Shown here in pieces: positions 1 to 11,800 of a stretch of 64,000 bases of DNA (positions are counted from its first letter, which is position 1; the number at the start of each line of letters is the position of its first letter). Below the pieces are notes generated by a model, which ran no database searches, had not been told where the DNA came from, and was given only the letters and a program-made list of their open reading frames with translations. Both the position numbers and the translations under genes were made by a program. Source of the DNA: Phoronis australis (lineage: Eukaryota; Animalia; Phoronida). The DNA is taken from contig NMRA01000290.1 of the NCBI GenBank assembly GCA_002633005.1, positions 188,748 through 252,747 on the forward strand, written 5' to 3'.

Positions 1-411
1 TTTCATGNAATTTTCATGATTTTTGTTGGATGGGCTTGACTTCTTAAAGTTGTGTTAGATTTTGACGAGAGTAATAAAACAACAAAATCCCTTGTATTTT
101 TGTTACAATTGTCACTTCTAGCCATTGCCTGGCAAAACATTCACTGAAATCAAAGCCGGTAGCTTAGCCATTTAAAACGCTCAAAATACTTTTGAACACG
201 TGGGATTTGGCTCAGCAGCAAAACGTTGGACTATTGCAGAGGGAATGGGTTCCAGTCCATACTACAGCCAATCTGTATAGAATTCTTTTTCTTGCCAAAA
301 ATGCCCCTTCAATCAGTTGGAATTGACAAGTTCCTCATTTTAGGCACCACAAACAATAAGGCTGGAAATAGACAGGTTCTGTGGTATACTGTAAATTAAA
401 ATAATACGAAC

Positions 412-506
412 CTTGCATCAACAATCTGGCCAGAGTGTTCATGTCACCACTGGGGTCAACACAGTAATGCTCCGACAACCATCTTCCCCAGATCTGATTA
501 GCTGCC
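412..506 (-). CDS. METTL17: METTL17 exon 7
   Basis: AANQIWGRWLSEHYCVDPSGDMNTLARLLMQ; phase 2/1. Confidence 0.9.
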
Positions 507-3500
507 CTGTTGGAAAATCAGTAAGAGGCCGAAATAACTGTTACAAACTACCAAGACGCAGATTTCATGGTTATGCAAAGCAGCACATATGCCAGAAACA
601 AAGGTTAACCAGGACAACTGTTTATTAAAAATGTCAAGAAATACAACTCTGAAATTCAAAATTGTCAAATGTAGCAAGCTAGCCACAGGCATGTAGCTTG
701 ACAAACAAATACTTGAGTTTAAATTTACGTTTTGAAAGCGATTGCAAGAAACTGTTTAATGTAATTAATCAGAAAAACAAATCACTTACCAAGTTACTGA
801 GCCAAGCCCAGATCCAAAATCAAACAAAGACACAGGCTTGAACTCTGGATCTCTCCTGGCAATCTATAAGCAACACAGTTAATCTCCAACACTGCTGTTA
901 ATCACTGTGACAGTTTAAAACACTAAATGAGGCACCTGCACAAAAAACTGTATCAGTATTGACTTTTCGGCAATAGTCTGATATAACGTGACCACATTAT
1001 GAGAACCAGTTTCATGCCCGTAATTCAGTGGAGAAAACTGGTTCTCAAAATGGTTCTCAAAATGCAGACACATTATATCAGACAGACTACAACTGCCTTT
1101 TCTTCAACTTATAAAAAAACCAAGAAGCAACAAGAAAACAAAAAGATACTGAAAGCACACCACAAAACACTCCAAATGAAAAACTAAATCATTATATGTC
1201 AGAAATCCCAGCAGTTTCAATCAAGATAATACTCAATGGTTTGATTCATAATTTAGTATCAGTTCACACCAGTTTGCAGAGCCTATGGGGTTACTGTAAT
1301 AAACTCGCAAATGAAAATGTGGATTCATTCCCTGGCCACCGCTTGTATAGTAGTGTTGAGCAATGCATTTATCATAATGCTGTTTCAGTCGACTCAGATA
1401 AATAAATAACAGCCACGACTACAAAGTAACCTGTGATGAACTATCATCCCATCTGGGGGAAGTTGAAAGACTAGCTAAGTGCAAATGATGTAACTTTAGT
1501 CAAAACCATTTTTAATTCAGACAAGACTCGAGGAGTTTTCAAAATTATGGAAAGATTAAATTTCACAAGAATTGAAAACTGACCTCATCAAATACTCTGA
1601 TTAAGATAGCATACTCTGGAGCCAACCTTGATGACATGTAGAGAAACGACTTGTATGCATTATAGCTGAAATATGGAAACATTTTGATCAGTTCACAGAA
1701 AGTGACATGAAAATGCCACTTTACCCAACCACAACACAACACTGCAGTAAAATCCAACCCTTTTAGGGCATAATATGACAGACAAGTGAAATTTTATTTT
1801 ATTTTTGTTCTTTTCATAAAACATAACTTAAGGAGAAACAAATGAATGTTTTAAAGTCGAATATCACAGCGACCACCAGACGATGTTTTCACAAAATGGG
1901 AACACTTAGAACAATGTTAGAAGCTGTGTAAAGATGAATGAAAAAAGTCAGTTTTGGTGACATTGTACTGCGGCAGATCTACAATGAGGCAAAAACACAA
2001 ATCATGCAATCGTTTAGACACTGCGTTTTCTATAAACTACACCTAACAAATGAAAACTTAATAGCTTCTGGATTTTGACTGAAATTTTGATTGTTTAACA
2101 TAAAATACATCCCAATAATACACCACAATGCAGACGGTTTAGACTTAATGTTATCATTGCTTTTTCTGACAGAGACAAGTCCCTCCACGAAAAACAAGGA
2201 GGCGTTAGTTTCCACCTCTCCAGGGGTCTGTTTCATGAAAGGTAACAGCAAATGTCCAACACCTCTGAAAATATACACACAACTGCTGGTTACCGAGATA
2301 ACTTCACTCCAAATTATTTCAAGACTTTGATGCCTTCATGATTACTTGGCTAAACCTTTATTCAGCAATTATGAAGTTTGAACATAAGAGCAAATTTCTA
2401 ACTTAAAGTCTTAAGTCATTTTCATGAAACAGACCCCTTGTCCACAAGCGAGGCCATTATAGAACTTGCCATGCACTAATTTACTTTCAAAGTATTCAGC
2501 AAAGGATGAAGATACAATGTTGAGATGGTGAATAGTATGCACTTACCAAATGATATTTACTTTTCCAACATTAGCTTCTTACCTGATGGGCTTCCAGTGG
2601 TAAACAGTGCGGCGCAGACGATGCAGAACTTTGCTCTTAATTTTACCGAGGTATGCAGCTCTCTTAGACTCATCCAGGTCTAAGGGGTTCACTTTTTCTA
2701 GAACATAAAATACTAAGAAGCTTCATGAACCCTCTAAAACAGATAAGACAAATAGCAATGAAATGGATCTCAATAATAGACATATTCGACAGTCCGATCA
2801 GAACAGAATTGTTGACAAACTGAAATGAAAGAAAGGTTCCATAAAGTGTCAACAAATTACAAAACTACAAACGACATAAAAGACAACAACATTCTATACT
2901 TGAATATTCACAGAAGTAAAAGACAAGTTCCCTCATCAAATATGATTAATGTTTATAGGAAGCACATTCATGTATAGCCCAATCTTACTTTCATACCAAA
3001 AATTCACGAGTGAATAAAAAGGCAACTGAGTCAGTTGCTCAAACATGGAAGATGAATGTTAAGATCTAGAAATTGGTCAACAAATAAGAGATGAACAAAG
3101 TGACAAAATGAGACAATGCTGCATAAAATTATTATTTTGTAATATAAAATAACTTCATAACAAACATACGGCATTTAATACGATTGCACATTAACCATTA
3201 AGTGAGATTATCATAACGACATGATTCAGGGATGACTAAACAAGTTTTAAGAAAAGGTACTATGTATCAGTTGCTTTAATCCTTCCCAAAATTAACTGTT
3301 GGCTATTGAGTTCTTTACAGTAACGCAGAAGGGTTCAATTTAATTGAAGACCTGAAAATTCTAACCTTTGTTTAAAACATCTAGCTCTATTTCACTCGCA
3401 ATTTTTCTCAATTCATTGCTTCCTATAGGGGGTTTCCGGCCATTTAAATGGCGTGCAAACTTCTCAGCATTCTCTTGGAGGCTTGGTATTTGGTAGTCTG

Positions 3501-6500
3501 CAACAAAATAACACCAACTGCAGGAATTCTGAAAACTATAGGTAAATGCTCACAAAACATCACTGCTATAGGTAACATTCACATTTAATTAATAACAGCA
3601 GAGATCTTTTAAACTGACAACACGCTTTTGTTTTTGTTGAAAGTACTTAGCTACTTTGAATAGTAAAAAAGTTAACAACAACAAGAGGATATCTGATAAG
3701 GAGAATGATTACCATTTTACAATAAAATTCTTCAGTTCAGGACATAATATGACGTACAGCTCAAGTTTAACTTCGCCAAATTTTAAAACAAAATCAAAAA
3801 TTTCATTTTTATAATTTCGTTATTATCATGCTTTGCACTATGTAGCTATCATCAGACAACAGAATTACACTAAAATTTGAGCAGTTAGTCTTGTAAAACA
3901 TTTAGGCAATTATCACTTTTGTTTCCAACTGATAACCAATTGAGCAACTAAATCACTGTTAGGTGGATTAAAAAAGTGAACCTAACACCTGGTACGACGA
4001 AGACATTTTAACTTGATCCAAAGTTGAGCCTCCCTTCAAATACTCAGAAGGCATTGGTCTCAAATTTTAAACCACCCAAGTCTTTTTCAAGTTATATCAA
4101 GTCTTTCAACTTGATCCATGTTTTGATGACATGCTTCCAAAATTAATTATTGGCAGCAGAGTGCAGTAATTTTATCTTAGTCTGTAGCCTGTCCATTAAT
4201 GTTCTGCTGTGACACTGGGCAATCTCTTGAAACCTTTTTTAAATTTTCCTCAGACAATTTATTGCCTTTTGAAGTTAGCAGCAGTATCTAAAGATTACTT
4301 GACACAAAATCATTAAAATTGAAAAACTCACTGTGTATTTACACTCATTTTCAACACTGGAAGGTATTTCATCATAGATAAGCAATACTATTTTAATAGT
4401 TCACAGTTCAAAAAAAATGACCAGAGAGTGAAAGTTGGCAGTTGGAAGCTCAGATTTGAGCAACTGGCCAACTTCAAATGTTTTTTCGTAGAGCCTTCAA
4501 AATTCACCATATCATTGTAGGATGCTACAATTTAAAGCTCCTATTATTTGCAACAAGGTAATCAACCTTTGAAAAATTAATCAAGAACAATGCACGGAGC
4601 ATTGAAATGCACCCACGAATACACCGCAAACGGTGTGCTTCTAGGGTTGTTTATTTGTATCATGAGAATGACCTGTAGATGGTGCAAAATACTTCGAATC
4701 CATCCGAAAACTTATGTCATCAAAGCTATTTATCAAATTTCATAAAAATACGTCAAGGAACTTATGAGAAATCGAGAAAAAAAGAAAAAAATGAAATTGC
4801 CACTAGGAGGCCATGGGCGCAGAAAAAACAGAACTGCCATTAGGAGGCGCCACAGTAGATGAAGTCATCGGAAAATCATTGTCAACCCTCCTCTTCACAC
4901 TAAGAACATTTATGCCAATTTTCACAATCAACCTTGGAGTGGTTGGGTTGTTAGAGGAGCAGATGAAAAAAAACAGACCAGAAAAGAGTAAAATTGGCCA
5001 CTAGATGGCGCAAAATATGTCAAATCCATACGAAAACAGGAATATGTAATCGTTTCAATAGAAAACTATTTACCAAATTTCATAAAATCCATCAACCAGC
5101 TTCACAGAAACAAAGGAAAACGGAAAAAATGAAATTGCTTCTAGGGGGCACAGTGTTTGTTGGATCCGTGTGAAAGTTGTCGTTGTTCGTAGTCAACTTC
5201 ATATTAATACACTTGCTAAATTTAATAAAGATCCTGCAGAGGCTTTAGGAGATATGTCCTCTTCACATTAGGAACATACATACCAATTTCCACTATCATC
5301 CTTAAAGTGGTTAGGTTGACAGAGGGGCAGACGCCAAAAAACAGACTCGAAAACAGTAAAAATGGCCACTAGGTGGTGCAAAATACTTCTAATCAATCCA
5401 AAAACTGGAGGATAGCATCACCTCACCAATAGATGCCTATCTGCCAAATTTTATGAAAGGCTGTAGAGGACCTTTGAAGATACAAAGGTAAACAGAAAAA
5501 AAATAAAATTGCTACTAAGGGGCACACCGATGATCTGTCCATAAGTCGTCGTCATCCGTTGACAACTTCATATCAATTAATTTGCAAGATTTAATGAAGA
5601 TGCTGTAATGCATTTAGGAGATACAGCAATAGGCACAAAAACAACCAAAACTCCCACTAGGAGGTGCCACAGTAGTCGAAGTTGTCGGAAAATCATCATC
5701 AGCCGCCGTCTTTATAGTAAGAACATTGCCAATTTTCCCAATCATCCCTAGAGTGATTTGGTTGATACAGGGGTGGATGCCAAAAAACAGACTCGAAAAT
5801 AGTAATGATGGCTACTAGGTGGTGCAAAATAACCTCGAATCCATCTGAAAATGTAAGAATAGCGTCATCTCACTAATACGTAGATGCCTAACAGCAAAAT
5901 TTAGAAAAATCTACTGAGGACCTCCAATATTAGGTAAATGCAAAAAAAAATTGCCACTAGGGGGCACACCAGTAGTTGGAGAGGTTCAAAGTTCAATGTC
6001 ATCTGTCATCAACTTCATAGAAACATATCTGCCAAATCTCATCAAGATCCTGTGAGGGGTTTAGGAGATACAGTTGCGGACGCCGGACAACAGGTGCCTA
6101 GACGCCCAGACAGAGATGACGGCAATATGCACCCACATATTAATGTGTGGGCGCATAAAAATGACAAATAGGACAATAAGTGGATAATTACCACACTCTT
6201 ACATGCAATAACTAACTTTAAAGTATAGTGCACTATATCTTGCACAATAATCAGATGACAATGACTCTACACGATGACTACGTTCAGCAGGGTGACTTCT
6301 TGACACAACAGAATAGGCAGGGTGACATCTCAACACAACAGAATAGGCAGGATGACTTCTCAACACAACAGAATTTAGAAAACTGAGGCTGTAAAGGCAC
6401 TTAGACTTTAAACCATGAGATGGTGTCTCGTGAAGCCTTTGTTATGAATTTTGAGGGAGAACATTACACTGACCGTTTCTGACGGCCAAAGTGGCCTTGT

Positions 6501-8464
6501 GCAATCTTGAAGGGACGTCCACGCGCTTATTAAGAACTTTGCCCGGATGATTTTTCGGAGTAGCTAACTTCTGTTGGATTTGTTGCTGAAGGATGTCATC
6601 CACTTTAATCTGTAATTGACTAGTTTGCAGTTCCTTGCTGGCAAATGTTGCGCAAGTCTGTAATAAATTACGTTAATGAATCAGAAGCAAGAGAAAACAA
6701 TCCTGGTTTACTTTGTTACAGTTACAGTTAGTGAAAACTTTTGTATTCACTTAAAGTGGTGCGCTATGTGGTTTACAAGGTGCTTGCAGCAGTACGATAG
6801 GATGAGTTGGTAAACCAATAATGGTAACTTTCCATCACACCAATAATCACTTGCAGGGTTGAGATTTATTCTGAGATTCAGCAGCAGATTTCAGTGACAG
6901 TCATTTTGTTATTTTGTGCTAGTCTGGTATCATGTACCCTCGAATTTTTGGTTGTGAGCTTATGTGTGAAACATTAGCCTTTTGCCAGCATGAACCAGGG
7001 AGCAAACTCAAGAAACGATCCCCACTGTTTTGAAATCCAAAATCAGAATAAGTGAAATTTCTTGGAGTACGATGTAGACTTGTTAAGTCTTCTGCATTTG
7101 GCAAGAGACTTGTCCATTTGATACCAATCTCCAGAACAAACAGTTCAAAGGTGTTAGTGACCATCCCATAAAGTACTACATTAGTCATCCAGGATGCTAT
7201 AGGAGGGCGTTAAGCCCAGCACGAGTATTTAAAAATGGAGGCAACAGATTTGCCACATGCGATTGCATTCAGTTGAACAGTGCTATGCTATGCTACATTT
7301 TTACAAGAAAGTTCTACCTGGTAAGAGAAAAAAGGCTGACATGTAAGTCCATAGTAAAAATTAGAGATGGGTCAAGCACAGGCGTTTGAAAGTGAAAATA
7401 TGGAAATTTCCGGGGCGTAAGTCATGCCGAACATGGGCATTAACCTGGACAAATTCGGTATTAGCATATCAATGGCAAAATCAGTCAATTTAGATCATGA
7501 ATAATCCCCAATTTTAAGAAATTAGTTCTCTTCATTGACTTTATTCATTGTTGGATTGTAGCCTGAATACATAAACAACAACCCAGTAGACCTTGTTCTT
7601 ATCTATAGACTAGATGTATGGTACCATAAGTTTTACCCACATCAGTTCCAAGCTGAATTTTGACGTTTGTCTTCAATGTCAGTGAGCCAGCTAGTGCTGG
7701 CCAACTTGTAGCCAATACTCAGGTCTTGAACTGTTGACGGTTTGGTTTACCTGCTGTGCATGACCTTGGAATCCTGTTTAATCTCAAGATCACGTGAACT
7801 TGGAATTGAATACTCATTAATGAGGCAATATGGTGAATTTTTTTTGTTCGGTGTAAATAATTTTTGTAATTTCATGTCCACTAATTTTCTCCTTTACCAT
7901 AACTTGTGACACAAAATCGGATGATTGTGAATGATTAAATCAATTATTGTTTGGTGAACAAGATCGCCATTAGTTGAAAAACGGTTGGTTAAAATTTACA
8001 ATATTTTATTAGAATCTAATTTTATTTAGTACAGTGTTAATTTTTATCAGTGTATTCCAAGCAGTGGTGTAGTGGAAATTAGAGGAAAGCAGGCACCCAA
8101 AGCCCATCATCACCTTGAGCACTGAATGTAACTTACAGTGCGTAGGCGCTACTTTCAAATGGCAAAAGGTGGTTGGATGCGCCTACGCCCCACTACAGTT
8201 CTGATTCCAAGCACACGCATACACGATCTTGAGACAACGCAGGATTTTGTCCAGCACAGTTCACGCACAGCAATTAGCCAACTAAGTTGATGTTTTGATA
8301 AACAAAAGCACGGAAGTTCTTCTTCTCTTGACAAGCGACAGGATTATTAGGTAATGAACAGAAAGAGATTTTTTAAGTCTTACATGCTGACACAACAAGA
8401 AAAGATTTGTTCTGTTAACCCCAATGCTTCTCATAAAAATGTTTCTTGTAATGGGCGCAGCCAT
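412..8464 (-). CDS. METTL17: METTL17/Rsm22 mitoribosome small-subunit assembly factor (methyltransferase-like 17), 3'-truncated by window edge
   Basis: Seven phase-compatible GT-AG exons: 8384-8464, 6474-6657, 3366-3497, 2583-2679, 1584-1665, 790-863, 412-506. Translation MAAPITRNIF...PKNHPGKV...VLHRLRRTVYHWKPISYNAYKSFLYMSSRLAPEYAILIRVFDEIARRDPEFKPVSLFDFGSGLGSVTWAANQIWGRWLSEHYCVDPSGDMNTLARLLMQG matches the METTL17 YHW..SY and DFGSGxGSVTWAA motifs. Confidence 0.93.
790..863 (-). CDS. METTL17: METTL17 exon 6 (SAM-binding motif I)
   Basis: IARRDPEFKPVSLFDFGSGLGSVT(W), gtaagt donor; phase 0/2. Confidence 0.93.
974..1089. mobile_element. Small palindromic MITE, copy 1
   Basis: TAGTCTGATATAA...GAGAACCAGTTT...AAACTGGTTCTC...TTATATCAGAC; homologous to 43638-43737. 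Confidence 0.7.
1310..1460 (+). mobile_element. SINE remnant, same family as 35735-35933
   Basis: TTGAGCAATGCATTT...TTTCAGTCGACTCAG...AGCCACGACTACAAAGTAACCTGTGATGAACTATCATCCCATCT. Confidence 0.5.
1584..1665 (-). CDS. METTL17: METTL17 exon 5
   Basis: YNAYKSFLYMSSRLAPEYAILIRVFDE; phase 2/0. Confidence 0.9.
2222..2438. mobile_element. MITE with perfect 19-bp TIR (PIF/Harbinger-like)
   Basis: AGGGGTCTGTTTCATGAAA at 2222-2240 and its exact reverse complement at 2420-2438. Confidence 0.75.
2583..2679 (-). CDS. METTL17: METTL17 exon 4
   Basis: LDESKRAAYLGKIKSKVLHRLRRTVYHWKPI, gtaaga donor; phase 1/2. Confidence 0.9.
3366..3497 (-). CDS. METTL17: METTL17 exon 3
   Basis: ttgcag acceptor, YQIPSLQENAEKFARHLNGRKPPIGSNELRKIASEIE..., gttaga donor; phase 1/1. 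Confidence 0.85.
4579..6161 (+). mobile_element. Helentron-associated non-autonomous element (HINE-like), copy 1, in METTL17 intron 2
   Basis: Start AATCAAGAAC with subterminal ATGCACCCAC; terminal hairpin ATGCACCCACA-TATTAATG-TGTGGGCGCAT plus A tract; internal ~150-bp repeats; reverse complement of 15869-17613. Confidence 0.75.
6287..6374. repeat. 30-bp minisatellite x3
   Basis: GCAGGGTGACATCTCAACACAACAGAATAG at 6287, 6317, 6347. Confidence 0.9.
6474..6657 (-). CDS. METTL17: METTL17 exon 2
   Basis: ttacag acceptor, TCATFASKE...PKNHPGKVLNKRVDVPSRLHKA..., gtcagt donor; phase 0/1. Confidence 0.85.
7752..8273. mobile_element. MITE family A, copy 1 (carries nested hAT-like insertion)
   Basis: Imperfect ~60-bp TIRs around CTCAAGATC/GATCTTGAG; interior similar to 51052-51500. 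Confidence 0.62.
8062..8203. mobile_element. hAT-like MITE (142 bp) with 8-bp TSD
   Basis: TSD ATTCCAAG at 8054-8061 and 8204-8211; TIR CAGTGGTGTAGTGG / CCACTACAGTTCTG. Confidence 0.75.
8384..8464 (-). CDS. METTL17: METTL17 exon 1 (mitochondrial presequence-like)
   Basis: MAAPITRNIFMRSIGVNRTNLFLLCQH then gtaaga donor; Arg-rich, no acidic residues; alternative in-frame ATG at 8473. Confidence 0.8.
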
Positions 8465-8759
8465 GACAGTCATCAACGACACCTTGTGGCCGCTGTCCTC
8501 TACGGAACTACTACAAAATAACAAATATGAAATTTGTTCTTACAAAAATAAAAATCATTGAAAGGGTTATAACTTGTGATTTGTTATGTAATTGTTTTTA
8601 AATGAATAAATTTCTAAAATATAAATAATTTGTAGTTGGTTAGTTTTTAAGAAATGCATTCTTTTACTTGGTAATCCTGACACTCCGTCTCTAAATTTAC
8701 GTAAACTCGTAGTCAGCCATTTTTGTCCGTCTGGATTTGCACCGGTTACACAAAGTCGG
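8465..8759. promoter_or_regulatory. Bidirectional promoter / 5'UTR region shared by METTL17 and MDH2
   Basis: Divergent ATGs at 8464 (-) and 8760 (+); YY1-like GCCATTTT at ~8716, palindrome TTTACGTAAA at ~8696-8705, ACTACA at ~8510. Confidence 0.75.
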
Positions 8760-8840
8760 ATGATGTTCACCAGATTTGCAAGACCGTCTGCCTTAGGACA
8801 AGTTGACAGTTTGCTGCGTCATTTCTCGGTATCGTCAACT
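8760..8840 (+). CDS. MDH2: MDH2 exon 1 (transit peptide)
   Basis: [27 protein letters not shown] then gtaagt; phase 0. Confidence 0.9.
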
Positions 8841-11800
8841 GTAAGTGTAAATTTAACCTTTGTGACAGAAAACTGATTCAAAAAAAAAAAAATACGTGAC
8901 CCGGTCGACTCCGGCAGAGCTGCCCTCGGCCTCGGCTCAATAACGCCTCAACGGCTAGGCCTTGGTCTCAGGACTGGAGTTACCCACAATGTGTCTCACA
9001 TGTGCTGGCTTTGCTCGACATGTTTTGAGTATCAGCGTCAATGAAAATAAACTTTTCTACTGCCTCAGTTGTTCCGAAGTATCCTGGATTATAAATTTTT
9101 AAATAACCATCCTCAGGGTCAACTTTAAATCACTGTCTTGCAAAATTTTGCAAGTGAAGTGTTCCTATTATTAAAAGTAACTTGCTAAGTGGATGAGCCT
9201 AATTGCTGCTTTGATTGTCCTAATCGTGTACGCATGACAAGAACCAAAATATGTTAAAATTGATGCAAAAATGGTTGATTAGGACTGGAGGTAAAATAAT
9301 TTTTATTGAAGTATCATATTAATAAAGAGGCACACTGGTCAATGGCATATTTGCACTAGCATCGGTATACCCACAGTCATCAAGGAACCCACAATCGACC
9401 ACCTTACAATTTTTGTAGAATAAACAAATATGTATAGGTCTTACCTGTTGCATTGAATTCTGTTCAAGTTTCAGACTCAAACAGCTTGCACCGCATGCAA
9501 TTTAGCTTTTCTTTGCGCATACTGCCATATCTGTCAAGTTCCTTCTTGGATTTTTGTAAAATTTTGGCAAATCATTTAACTTAAATGAAAACCTAGTTGT
9601 CACATTTTTATTTAAAGTAATGGTGACACTGATTCCCTGTACTCTGCGCATCTTAATGGCAATTTTTATTATTTTTGGCTCTATTTTTCATGTTCGCCAG
9701 GCACCAGTTTCTGTACACCAGAGCATTTGAAGGAGCCCATGACTTTTGTAACTTCAGCGTATTGCAGTGCTCCACACAGACAAAAATAACTAAGAAGAGA
9801 ATGTGAGGCAATTACCTGTCCATGTTAATGTTATTTATTACTTTGAAATAGTAAAACCGAATTTGTTAATTTACAAAATCGGGTGTAAACCGAATTGTGT
9901 ACTCCTACTGTCTAAGGCTTTAAGTGGAACTTGCATGCTAATTCCTTCTTCCTTGTATCTGTGATTGCTTGGTCAAATTAGTTAGAAACAACGTATTATA
10001 CCGACCATTTGAATATGAAGTAGGTTGAAAATTGCCAAATTTTTTTAAGAACGAGTTTTGTATCAAAAATGATCTGCCATAAATCTTTCGTCCATGTCCA
10101 GTAAGTATCGTGACGTAGTGTTGGGGAAGAACACTGCATTATGGGGGTTTTGAGAGCTCTCAAGGTACTTCATTAGTGCAAAGGTCACCTATTTTGGGAA
10201 TGTTTTGTTTTCACGTTTACAAGTTATCAATAAGCCCTTTCATATTGATTTAACTCCGGTTAAAGCAGACCGTCGACGTAAACAGCGCAGTTAACTGAAC
10301 CGTTCATACTGGCTTCGGTATTTAATGAACATCGAAGTAAATGGTAGGTGACGCTGTCGTCATCAAAGTTATCGCAAGGTAGCGCTGCACGCTAAGATTT
10401 TTTCAATGTGACAATTTGAGAACATTAGTGACTTCACTACCCTGTAATTGTCGACGATAACAGTGACACCTGGCGATAACTTTGATTGGACCGAAGTTAA
10501 CCGTTCATACTGCACCGCAGCGTCGACATTGTGCCGTTAGATCCACCTGTAAACTGCGATGTTAACTGGAGCTGTTAACTTCGATCCAGGTCAGGAGTTG
10601 AGCATTCATACTGACCGCAACTCCCCAAACCATCGACGCGTCAACATTAGTATGAGAGGCCCAAATGAATACAACTGCATTTTGTTTAGCGTAGATGATG
10701 TTCAAGGAGCATTGTCGTTTAGTTCCTTGTATACATTAGCATAGGAGCATGCAAATACATCTTTAAGTTCGTTTCCAGAGATCAATACACGATTAGGCAT
10801 TTCATAACTTTTGTTTAAAAGACATTCCGTGTAATCACAAACATTGTAAAAAGGTCTTTTCACCAAGTCAAACTGTTTCCCCATGCCATCCGCTGCGAAG
10901 ACAAAGTAACTTCTGGGTAGAGTTCAATAACACCAGGACCTCGCTAAAAAGCCCTCTTGGAATTACGTGAGGTATTACCATGTGTATTTTAAATGAGAGC
11001 ATGTGATTTTAACTAAATTTTTCTGGCTGCAAGGCAGCTACTGAACTATGTCTACCCTGGTTCAGGTTTCTTTCGACTCCAGTTTGAGATGGGGATCTGT
11101 AAAATGCCTTATTTTTGTGTTTACATTTAACCATTCTGTTATTCAGTATTGGGTTGATTTTATGTTTACTTTAACTCATAGTTTACCAAAGCATTTACTT
11201 ATAGTAACAGATCAGGCCCACTTCTCAATGATATGGGATAGAGTATCCAGAAATTGCAGGTCTGACTTTGAAGAGATATAGTTAGCTTACCAACTTCATT
11301 ATATACCACTGTGACTCTGTTGTCATTATTCCCAATAATATCCTTCAATATTTCAAATCTGTCTTAAGTATTGACCTTAATGCTATTAATGTAGATCAAA
11401 AGAATTTTAAGCTAGGACCAGGATTAGGATTTATACTTAATATTACCTCACCCACAGAAATCACTGTCGCATTATATCTATTTTGTCATTCACTCCCTCC
11501 CATTCAGTCAGTATTAAGACCAAGCTCAGAGGAGTAAGAGACACCTTTGTGCAATGCTTGACTGGTTACCCTAAAGCCAGTTGTCTGGGGCTCAAGCTTC
11601 TGAGCCATACTATCTATCATTAGGCTAAACATTACCACATCTCAAAATATCAACTTACTCAAAAGAGTTCATGTGCTCTCATCAGGCTAAGTAAACAAAC
11701 CTGAGATCCGGGAGCAATGACCCCATTGTTTATACATCATACACTCTGCCTTGGAAGATTTGGGCAATAGGGGTAGAGTTAAAATCCCAGTTTGTCTCTG

